A stretch of 64,000 nt of DNA. Origin: an uncultured Clostridia bacterium. GTDB taxonomy: Bacteria; Bacillota; Clostridia; Christensenellales; Borkfalkiaceae. The stretch's first letter is position 1; the number at the start of each line of letters is the position of its first letter. The stretch covers positions 11,175 to 75,174 of the forward strand of contig CANRGR010000001.1 of NCBI GenBank assembly GCA_947630245.1. Reading direction: 5' to 3'. The notes below the pieces were generated by a model. The model did not search any database. It was given only the letters and a program-made list of their open reading frames with translations, and was not told where the DNA came from. A program made the translations under genes and the position numbers. Below are positions 57,309 to 64,000 of the stretch, one piece after another.

Positions 57309-58070
57309 TTATACCATGCTTTCGAGGATGAGCTTGTCCGCCACCAGCGCGATAAACTCGCTGTTGGTCGGCTTTTCGGTGCCGATATAGACCCGTGCGC
57401 CGAAGATTGCGTTCACGGCGTCGATCCTTCCGCGGTTCCATGCCACCTCAATCGCATGACGGATCGCACGTTCCACTTTGCTCGCCGTCGTGTGAAATTT
57501 TTCGCCGATGATGGGATACAGTCCCTTTGTGACGTTGTTGATGATGTGAGGATCCTCCACCGCCATCTTGATCCCCTCGCGGAGGTATCCGTACCCCTTG
57601 ATGTGGGGCGGAATCCCGATCGAGATGAAGATGCCCGAGATGCGTTCGTCGAGAGAATTGGCGCGTCTGCGCTCCACGCTTTCGCGGACGGGCGGTTCCT
57701 CCTCGCCCACAACTTCCGCCACGCGGTCCGCCACGACGGACGCCGAAACGGGTTTCATCAGATAGTACTTTGCGCCGAGCGAGATCGCGCGGTTGATGAT
57801 CTTATCGTCCGAAAAGTTCCCCATGACGATAAAATCCGCCTTGCGCTGTTCTTTGCGCGCCTCCTCCATGACGGTGAAACCGTCGAGATTCCGCAAAAAG
57901 AGACTGAGCACGACGATCGACGGACCGGCGGACTTCATCAGCTCGATCCCCTCCGCGCCGTCGTCGCTCACGCCGCAGACATTGAACCCGTTTCTCGCCG
58001 AGAGCTCTTTTCTCAATTCTTCCGCAAATGCTTCGTTGCTTTCCAAAATCAAAATCTGTACTTGTTTCAT
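57309..58070 (-). CDS. spo0A: Spo0A-like transcription factor with a degenerate (pseudo-)receiver domain
   Basis: The C-terminal domain is unmistakably Spo0A_C (IGIPPHIKGYGYLREGI...TTASKVERAIRHAIEVAW...KPTNSEFIALVADKL). The N-terminal receiver fold has E10-S11, S56 and G in place of D-D, D and T. Start at the ATG at 58070. Confidence 0.85.
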   Translation of the reverse strand: MKQVQILILESNEAFAEELRKELSARNGFNVCGVSDDGAEGIELMKSAGPSIVVLSLFLRNLDGFTVMEEARKEQRKADFIVMGNFSDDKIINRAISLGAKYYLMKPVSASVVADRVAEVVGEEEPPVRESVERRRANSLDERISGIFISIGIPPHIKGYGYLREGIKMAVEDPHIINNVTKGLYPIIGEKFHTTASKVERAIRHAIEVAWNRGRIDAVNAIFGARVYIGTEKPTNSEFIALVADKLILESMV

Positions 58071-58292
58071 ATTCCGTTCCCCCCGCTTCATTTCATTACG
58101 GTATCATTATAGTACCTCCGACCGGAAATGTAAAGCAATTTTTGTACAAAATTCATCTATTTTTTTACGAAATTCATAGAATTATGTACAGAATTGTCGA
58201 ATGATGACGAATCTCTCGTCACAGTTCCGAAATTGACTGAAAATAAAGAAAATTTCCTTCGTTTCGAAGGAAATTTGTCTGTTTTCGGAAAA

Positions 58293-59870
58293 TTACTCGC
58301 TCACCGAATCGAGATACTCGTCGAACGTGATGCGTTTATCGAACACTTTCGTGCCGTCGAGGACGATGATGCGGTTGCAGACGGTGTTCATGAGCTCCTG
58401 GTCGTGGGACGTGAGCAACATGCAGCCCTTGAAGGAGGTCAGCCCGTTGTTGAGGGATGTGATGGATTCGAGATCGAGGTGGTTCGTGGGCTCGTCGAAG
58501 ATGAGGAAATTCCCCCCTTCGAGCATCATTTTGGCGAGCATACAGCGCACCTTTTCGCCGCCCGAGAGGACCTTCGCCTCTTTGAGCGCCTCCTCGCCCG
58601 AGAAGAGCATGCGCCCGAGCCAGCCGCGCAGGTACTCCTCATAGTGGTCTTTGGAAAAGCGGGAGAGCCACTGCACGAGCGTCAGATCGCACCCGTCGAA
58701 AAATTCGCCGTTGTCCACGGGGAAATAGGAATAGTTGATCGTCTTTCCCCACTTCACCGTCCCCTCGTCGGGCTGCTGTTTGCCGGTGAGAATGTCATAG
58801 AGCATGGTGACCGACGTGGATTTATCGCCGAGAATGCCGATCTTGTCCCCCTTCTGCACAGTGAATGAGACGTCCTCGAAAAATCCCTTCTTTGTGAGCC
58901 CCTCTACCATGAGGATATCGTTTCCGATCTCCCGTTCGTACTTGAATTCGATAAAGGGATACTTTCGGAGGGAGGGTTTGAAGTCGGAGATCGTCAGTTT
59001 TTCGAGCTCCTTCTTTCTCGCCGTCGCCTGCCGAGACTTGGAGGCGTTCGCCGCAAAGCGCGCGATGAACTCTTTGAGCTCCGCGGCGCGCTGTTCCGCC
59101 TTCTTGTTCGCGTCGCGCTGCTGCCGCGCCATGAGTTGGGACGTCTGATACCAGAAATCGTAATTCCCGAGATAGAGTTCGATCTTGCCGAAATCCACGT
59201 CGCAGATGTGCGTGCAGACCTTGTTGAGAAAGTGGCGATTGTGCGAGACGATGATGATCGTATTTTCGAAGTCGAGAAGGTAATTTTCGAGCCAACGCAC
59301 CGTTTTGAGGTCGAGGTTGTTGGTCGGCTCGTCTAGGAGCAGGACGTCGGGGTTGCCGAAGAGCGCCTGCGCAAGCAGTACCTTCACCTTCTGTTTGCCG
59401 TCGAGTTCCCCCATCATCATGGAATGATATTCCGAGGGAATGTCCAGCTCGTTGAGAAGGGTCTGCGCTTCGCTCTCCGCCTCCCAGCCGCCGAGTTCGG
59501 CAAACTCGCTTTCGAGCTCGGAAGCGCGGACGCCGTCCTCCTCGGTAAAGTCGGTATGGGCATAGAGCGCGTCCTTCTCGTCCATGATCTCGACGAGCCG
59601 CTTGTGCCCGAGCATCACCGTGCGGAGCACCGTCTCGAAGTCGTACTTATTTTGGTTTTGCGCGAGAACGGACATGCGCTCGTTCTTGTCGAGCGTGACG
59701 TCCCCCTTGTTCGGCTCGATCTCCCCGGAGAGCACTTTGAGGAACGTGGATTTTCCCGCGCCGTTCGCGCCGATGATCCCATAGCAGTTGCCTTTCGTAA
59801 ATTTGAGATTGACTTCCTGAAATAATTTCTTGCTTCCGTATTGCAGACTGACGTTGTTGACCTGTAACAT
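58293..59870 (-). CDS. ABC-F family ATPase (YbiT-like)
   Basis: Two ABC cassettes without TM domains. NBD1 Walker A is GANGAGKST; the inter-domain linker is FIARFAANASKSRQATARKKELEKL; NBD2 has signature LSGGEK and Walker B FLIFDEPTNHLD, but its Walker A is GILGDKSTS. Confidence 0.85.
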   Translation of the reverse strand: MLQVNNVSLQYGSKKLFQEVNLKFTKGNCYGIIGANGAGKSTFLKVLSGEIEPNKGDVTLDKNERMSVLAQNQNKYDFETVLRTVMLGHKRLVEIMDEKDALYAHTDFTEEDGVRASELESEFAELGGWEAESEAQTLLNELDIPSEYHSMMMGELDGKQKVKVLLAQALFGNPDVLLLDEPTNNLDLKTVRWLENYLLDFENTIIIVSHNRHFLNKVCTHICDVDFGKIELYLGNYDFWYQTSQLMARQQRDANKKAEQRAAELKEFIARFAANASKSRQATARKKELEKLTISDFKPSLRKYPFIEFKYEREIGNDILMVEGLTKKGFFEDVSFTVQKGDKIGILGDKSTSVTMLYDILTGKQQPDEGTVKWGKTINYSYFPVDNGEFFDGCDLTLVQWLSRFSKDHYEEYLRGWLGRMLFSGEEALKEAKVLSGGEKVRCMLAKMMLEGGNFLIFDEPTNHLDLESITSLNNGLTSFKGCMLLTSHDQELMNTVCNRIIVLDGTKVFDKRITFDEYLDSVSE

Positions 59871-60048
59871 TGCTCTCCTCTTTCGCGGCGTCTTTTGCGC
59901 ATGCCGCCGAAATCAAAGAGCATTATACCATATTTCTCCCGTTTTATCAAATAAAAAGCGCCGCCGCAGAGAGATTTGTTCTCCAAAGCGCATTGAAAAT
60001 CGCTCCGAAAAAAATTGCATGAATAGTTCACTTTATGAATAAAAATAC

Positions 60049-60077
60049 TTGACAGACTTCCGATGGGGAGCTATAAT
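60049..60077 (+). promoter_or_regulatory. perfect-consensus sigma-A promoter
   Basis: TTGACA (60049-60054), 17 nt, TATAAT (60072-60077). An AAGGTG RBS precedes the ATG at 60109. Confidence 0.75.
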
Positions 60078-60108
60078 ATATCAAGATAATTTGAAAAAGG
60101 TGAAAACG

Positions 60109-62691
60109 ATGAAAAAGAAGATGAATTTTTTACGTCGGGTCAAATGCCGTGCGGTTCAGACGGTATTCCGTCTTGCGATTCCGTTCATGCCCTACCGTGC
60201 GCCGCGCCTCCTCGACAGCTGTGCCGACGCCGCCGAGCTCGCGGACAGAAAGAAGAGGACGCGCGCGCTGATCGTGACGGACGGGGGCGTGCGCGGACAC
60301 GGACTGCTCGATCCCGTTCTCGCCGCGCTGGGGGAGAAGGGAATTTCCTTTGAGATCTTCGACCGGACGCCCCCGAATCCGACGGTCGCCGCGATCGAAG
60401 AGGCGCTCGGAATGTATCGGGAGAAGAAGTGCGATTTCCTCATCGCCGTGGGAGGCGGATCCCCGATGGACTGCGCCAAAGGGGTGTGCGCAAGGATCAT
60501 CAAGCCGAAGAAATCGCTCGCAAAGATGAAGGGCGTTCTCAAAGTGCGGGGACGGCAGCCCCTCTTTATCGCCGTGCCGACGACTTCCGGCACGGGCAGC
60601 GAGGCGACGGTCGCCGCCGTCGTGACCGACGAAAAGACCCACTACAAATTCACGATCCTCTCCTTCTGCCTCGCGCCGAAATACGCCCTTCTCGACCCCG
60701 TGATGACGCGCACGCTCCCGCCCGCGCAGACGGCGGAGACGGGGCTCGACGCGCTCACCCATGCCGTCGAGGCATACATCGGGAGATCGACGACCCGCGC
60801 CACGAGAAAGCTCGCGGTGCACGCCGTCTCCCTCATCAAGGACAACCTGCTCCCCGCGTTCCGGAACGGAGACGATCTTGCCGCGAGAAAGAATATGCAG
60901 ATTGCCGCATACGAGGCAGGGCGCGCCTTCACGATCTCCTATGTGGGATATGTGCACGCGCTTGCGCATGCCCTCGGAGGCATGTACAACGCTCCGCACG
61001 GAAGGACGAACGCGACCCTCCTGCCCATCGTGCTGAAAGCGTACGGAAAATCGTGCCAAAGGCGGCTTGCGAATCTTGCGCGGAAGAGCGGCGTGTGCGC
61101 GGAGAGAAGAAACGACGTCTGCGCGGACGCGATGATCGCTTGGGTGGAGGAACTCAACCGAAAAACGGGTATTCCCGCAGCGCTCGACGTGTGGGAAAAG
61201 GACATTCCCGTCCTTGCAAAGCGCGCGGACCGGGAGGCGAATCCGCTCTATCCCGTTCCCCTGCTCATGAACCGGCTTCATCTCGAAGAACTGCTCCGTC
61301 TCGCCCGCGCGCCGAAGGCACGCACGCCGCAGGAACTGCTCTCTCTGCAAAGGGAGTACTTCGAAAGCGGCGCGACCCTTTCCGTCGCACGGCGGAAGAT
61401 GTGGCTGAAAAAGCTGTATGCCGCGATCAAGGCGCATGAGACCGAGCTCCACGCGGCAATCCGCGCCGATCTCGGCAAGAGCGACATGGAGAGCGTCATG
61501 TGCGAGACGGGGCTCGTCCTCTCCGAGATCTCCTTCATGCTCAAACACATGAAGCGGTACGCAAAGGAGGAACGGGTGAAAACGCCGCTCGCGCAGTTCC
61601 CCTCGCGCAGTTTCCGCAAGCCTTCGCCCTACGGCAACACGCTCATCATGAGCCCGTGGAATTATCCCTTCCTGCTGACCGTCGAGCCCCTTGTGGACGC
61701 CCTCGCCGCGGGAAATACGGCGATTCTCAAACCCTCCGCCTACTCCCCCGCCACGGGTGAGGCGATCGCGAAGCTCATCGGGGAAGTCTTTCCGCCCGAA
61801 CTCGCCGCAGTGGTGCTCGGCGGACGGGCGGAGAACGGGCTGCTCCTCGATCTCGCTTTCGACAAGATCTTCTTTACGGGGAGCGCGGCGGTCGGGAGAG
61901 AAGTGATGCGGCGGGCGAGCGAACGGCTCATTCCCGTCACGCTCGAACTCGGCGGAAAGAGTCCCTGCATCGTGACGAAATCCGCCGACGTCAGGCTCGC
62001 CGCAAAGCGGATTGTGTTCGGGAAATTCCTCAACTGCGGGCAGACCTGCGTCGCTCCGGACTACATTCTCGTGCACAAAGACGTCGAAAAACCCCTGCTG
62101 TTTGAGCTGAAACGGCAGATCGGACTGCAATTCGGGAAGGATCCGCTCGGCAATCCCGACTACGGGAAGATCATCAACGAAAAACACTTCCGAAGGATCT
62201 GCGGGCTGATCGACGAAAAAAAGATCTATTGCGGCGGAAGGCGGGACGAGGCGGCGCTTCGGATCGAGCCGACCGTGCTCTCGGGCGTGACCTACGACGA
62301 CGCCGTCATGGGCGAAGAGATCTTCGGACCCGTCCTCCCCGTTCTGACCTATACGGACGACGAGGCGATCATCGCCAAGATCAATGCGGGGAACTCGCCG
62401 CTCGCGGCGTATCTCTTCTCCTCCGATAAAAAGCAAATCGGGATGTTTCTCTCCCGTCTCCGCTTCGGCGGCGGATGCGTGAACGACGTCGTCATCCATC
62501 TTGCCACGCCCTATATGGGCTTCGGCGGCGTGGGCGAGAGCGGAATGGGAAGCTATCACGGCAAAGACGGGTTCGATTGCTTCACGCATAAGAAGAGCGT
62601 CGTCGGGAAGAGCCGTAAAATCGATCTCCCCATGCGCTACCAGCCCTATCGCAAAGGTTACGAGAAACTCGTGCGATTCTTTCTGAAATGA
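60109..62691 (+). CDS. fusion protein: N-terminal iron-containing alcohol dehydrogenase + C-terminal class-3-type aldehyde dehydrogenase
   Basis: The N-half has GGGSPMDCAK, PTTSGTGSE and the His-rich metal site (HAVEAY..HALAHALGG). The C-half has WNYP, ELGGKSP (catalytic Glu), CGQTCVAPDY (catalytic Cys) and EEIFGPVLP. Linker at about 61290-61335. Confidence 0.85.
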   Translation: MKKKMNFLRRVKCRAVQTVFRLAIPFMPYRAPRLLDSCADAAELADRKKRTRALIVTDGGVRGHGLLDPVLAALGEKGISFEIFDRTPPNPTVAAIEEALGMYREKKCDFLIAVGGGSPMDCAKGVCARIIKPKKSLAKMKGVLKVRGRQPLFIAVPTTSGTGSEATVAAVVTDEKTHYKFTILSFCLAPKYALLDPVMTRTLPPAQTAETGLDALTHAVEAYIGRSTTRATRKLAVHAVSLIKDNLLPAFRNGDDLAARKNMQIAAYEAGRAFTISYVGYVHALAHALGGMYNAPHGRTNATLLPIVLKAYGKSCQRRLANLARKSGVCAERRNDVCADAMIAWVEELNRKTGIPAALDVWEKDIPVLAKRADREANPLYPVPLLMNRLHLEELLRLARAPKARTPQELLSLQREYFESGATLSVARRKMWLKKLYAAIKAHETELHAAIRADLGKSDMESVMCETGLVLSEISFMLKHMKRYAKEERVKTPLAQFPSRSFRKPSPYGNTLIMSPWNYPFLLTVEPLVDALAAGNTAILKPSAYSPATGEAIAKLIGEVFPPELAAVVLGGRAENGLLLDLAFDKIFFTGSAAVGREVMRRASERLIPVTLELGGKSPCIVTKSADVRLAAKRIVFGKFLNCGQTCVAPDYILVHKDVEKPLLFELKRQIGLQFGKDPLGNPDYGKIINEKHFRRICGLIDEKKIYCGGRRDEAALRIEPTVLSGVTYDDAVMGEEIFGPVLPVLTYTDDEAIIAKINAGNSPLAAYLFSSDKKQIGMFLSRLRFGGGCVNDVVIHLATPYMGFGGVGESGMGSYHGKDGFDCFTHKKSVVGKSRKIDLPMRYQPYRKGYEKLVRFFLK

Positions 62692-62694
62692 CCC

Positions 62695-62736
62695 CGCGCG
62701 CCGCCCCTTCCGAACCCACGGAAGGGGCGGCGCGCG
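62695..62736 (+). terminator. GC-rich hairpin after the ADH/ALDH gene
   Basis: 18-bp stem CGCGCGCCGCCCCTTCCG / CGGAAGGGGCGGCGCGCG. The T-run is weak. Confidence 0.55.
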
Positions 62737-62854
62737 TTCGGGGCGAATTGCGCCAAAGTACGTCAAATCGCTTGCAATTATAGATTCGTTATGATAAAAT
62801 ATCCGTAAATAAATTCTTTTTTATCGGCTTATATTTATAATGGAGGTATTTTTG

Positions 62855-64000
62855 ATGCACAAATGCAATCGGTGCGGAGCCGAGTTCGAAGGCAAGACCT
62901 GCCCCGAATGCGGATGGAAAGCGGCGTCCTCTCTGCGGGCGCTCCTGTCCTTCGCATTCTTTCTGCCCCATCTCACCCCGCGCGAGAAGCGGACGGAACG
63001 GATCGGCAGTCTGAAATTTTTCTCCGCATTCCTCTTTCTCATCTTTTCCGTCGGGCTGTTTCTGCTCTTCATCGCCCCCGTGTTCGAACTTTCGGGCGAC
63101 AAGGCGGACGTCTGGAACGGCTATTCGCTCTACGGATTGCTTGCGGGCGCAAGGGAAACGGCTGAAATCGTCGCGTTCGCTCCCGCCCTCCTCGTTCTTC
63201 TCTATGGATTCCTCTCCCTCGCGGCGGCGATCGTCTGTCTTGTGTTCCGCATCAAGCGCAAGACGGGACGCTTGGAACCCCTCTTCATCGCGCTCCCCTA
63301 CGTTTTCACGCTCTGCGGCGCGCTCATCGGGATTCTCTTTTCGGCGCTCCTTCCCGCAAAGGCGAGTTCCGGACTTCATCTCACGGAGGGCGGCTCCGTC
63401 GTCTCCCCCTTCTCCACCGCGATTCTCGCGATCTCTCTCATCGCCGCGGCGGTTCTCTGCGTGTGCGATCTTCTCTGCCTGCACGCAAAGTATCTCGATG
63501 ACTATCGCTATCACACCGCAAAGGGCGAGAAACTGACGGAGACGGCGGCGCAGATCAACAACATCTCCGCGCGTGGAACATTCACCATGCGGAACATCCT
63601 CAAATACATCACGTCCGCAGTCTGCATTCTGTTCTTTGTCGTATATCTCGCACTCTGCTTTTTGCCGGGCGGCGTCCTTGCGAAGCTCTCCGAGGCAAAG
63701 GAGACCCTCGCGTGGGCGGAGACCCTCACCGACACCGAGCGGCAATTCGAGGCGCAAAAGATCGCACAGGCAAACGCCGTCGCTCCGGCGGGTACCGCGG
63801 CGTTCGTTCTCCTCGGGATCTTCCTCGCCTGCGCCATCGCCGTTTTTGTCTACCGTCTCGTGAAAAAGGACAAGAAGATTTCGTCCTTCTTTACCGCGGC
63901 GCCCTTCGTGCTCTACGGGCTATTGGTGTTCTTCGGTCTGATCTTTGCGATGGATCTCATGAGCGGGGCGACCTTCCTCTGCGCCGTTGTCATTCCCACG
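62855..64000 (+). CDS. zinc-ribbon multi-pass membrane protein, 3' end beyond the window
   Basis: Own translation from the ATG at 62855 (GGAGG at 62842-62846): MHKCNRCGAEFEGKTCPECGWK... followed by several hydrophobic segments. The frame stays open to position 64000. Absent from the ORF track (no stop); the antisense ORF 62789..63757 is judged spurious. Confidence 0.7.
   Translation, partial: MHKCNRCGAEFEGKTCPECGWKAASSLRALLSFAFFLPHLTPREKRTERIGSLKFFSAFLFLIFSVGLFLLFIAPVFELSGDKADVWNGYSLYGLLAGARETAEIVAFAPALLVLLYGFLSLAAAIVCLVFRIKRKTGRLEPLFIALPYVFTLCGALIGILFSALLPAKASSGLHLTEGGSVVSPFSTAILAISLIAAAVLCVCDLLCLHAKYLDDYRYHTAKGEKLTETAAQINNISARGTFTMRNILKYITSAVCILFFVVYLALCFLPGGVLAKLSEAKETLAWAETLTDTERQFEAQKIAQANAVAPAGTAAFVLLGIFLACAIAVFVYRLVKKDKKISSFFTAAPFVLYGLLVFFGLIFAMDLMSGATFLCAVVIPT

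Overview
High-GC (about 60% by eye) Firmicutes/Clostridia-like chromosomal segment; the taxon is inferred from a Spo0A-type regulator, a Gram-positive-style type IV pilus (T4P) operon and a trimeric [FeFe] hydrogenase. Gene density is high and most genes lie on the minus strand. All calls rest on motif recognition and my own translation, with no database search.

Content, left to right:
- trmB (partial) and dut.
- Hybrid histidine kinase plus orphan solute-binding lipoprotein (pair 1, plus strand).
- Complete T4P cluster on the minus strand, in transcription order pilB-pilT-pilC-pilA-(GIY-YIG)-pilD-pilM-pilN-pilO.
- Directly upstream and co-directional: hybrid kinase, Hpt protein, a REC/HD-GYP/GGDEF c-di-GMP enzyme, an Ig-repeat membrane protein, then a second hybrid kinase plus solute-binding protein pair.
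- Housekeeping genes: guaB-guaA, hemW, lepA, glgP, hydCBA, a GH1 glycosidase, nadE, recA, cinA, pgsA, rimO, ftsK, a Spo0A-like gene, an ABC-F ATPase and an Fe-ADH/ALDH fusion gene.

Points most worth a second look:
1. The pilus operon sits inside a three-kinase / Hpt / c-di-GMP signalling supercluster, and PilB carries both halves of an MshEN-type c-di-GMP receptor motif.
2. A modular, hairpin-rich intergenic repeat family fills six loci (roughly 3 kb). It brackets pilA, hosts a low-GC GIY-YIG gene and shows nested insertion of one module in another.
3. The Spo0A-like protein has a receiver domain lacking the phospho-acceptor Asp (S56) and the acidic pocket.
4. A low-GC islet carries an XRE repressor, twin perfect palindromic operators and a zinc-ribbon/membrane/LRR protein.
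5. An Fe-ADH -> ALDH fusion has the reverse domain order of AdhE.

No rRNA, tRNA, CRISPR array, transposase or integrase was recognised.
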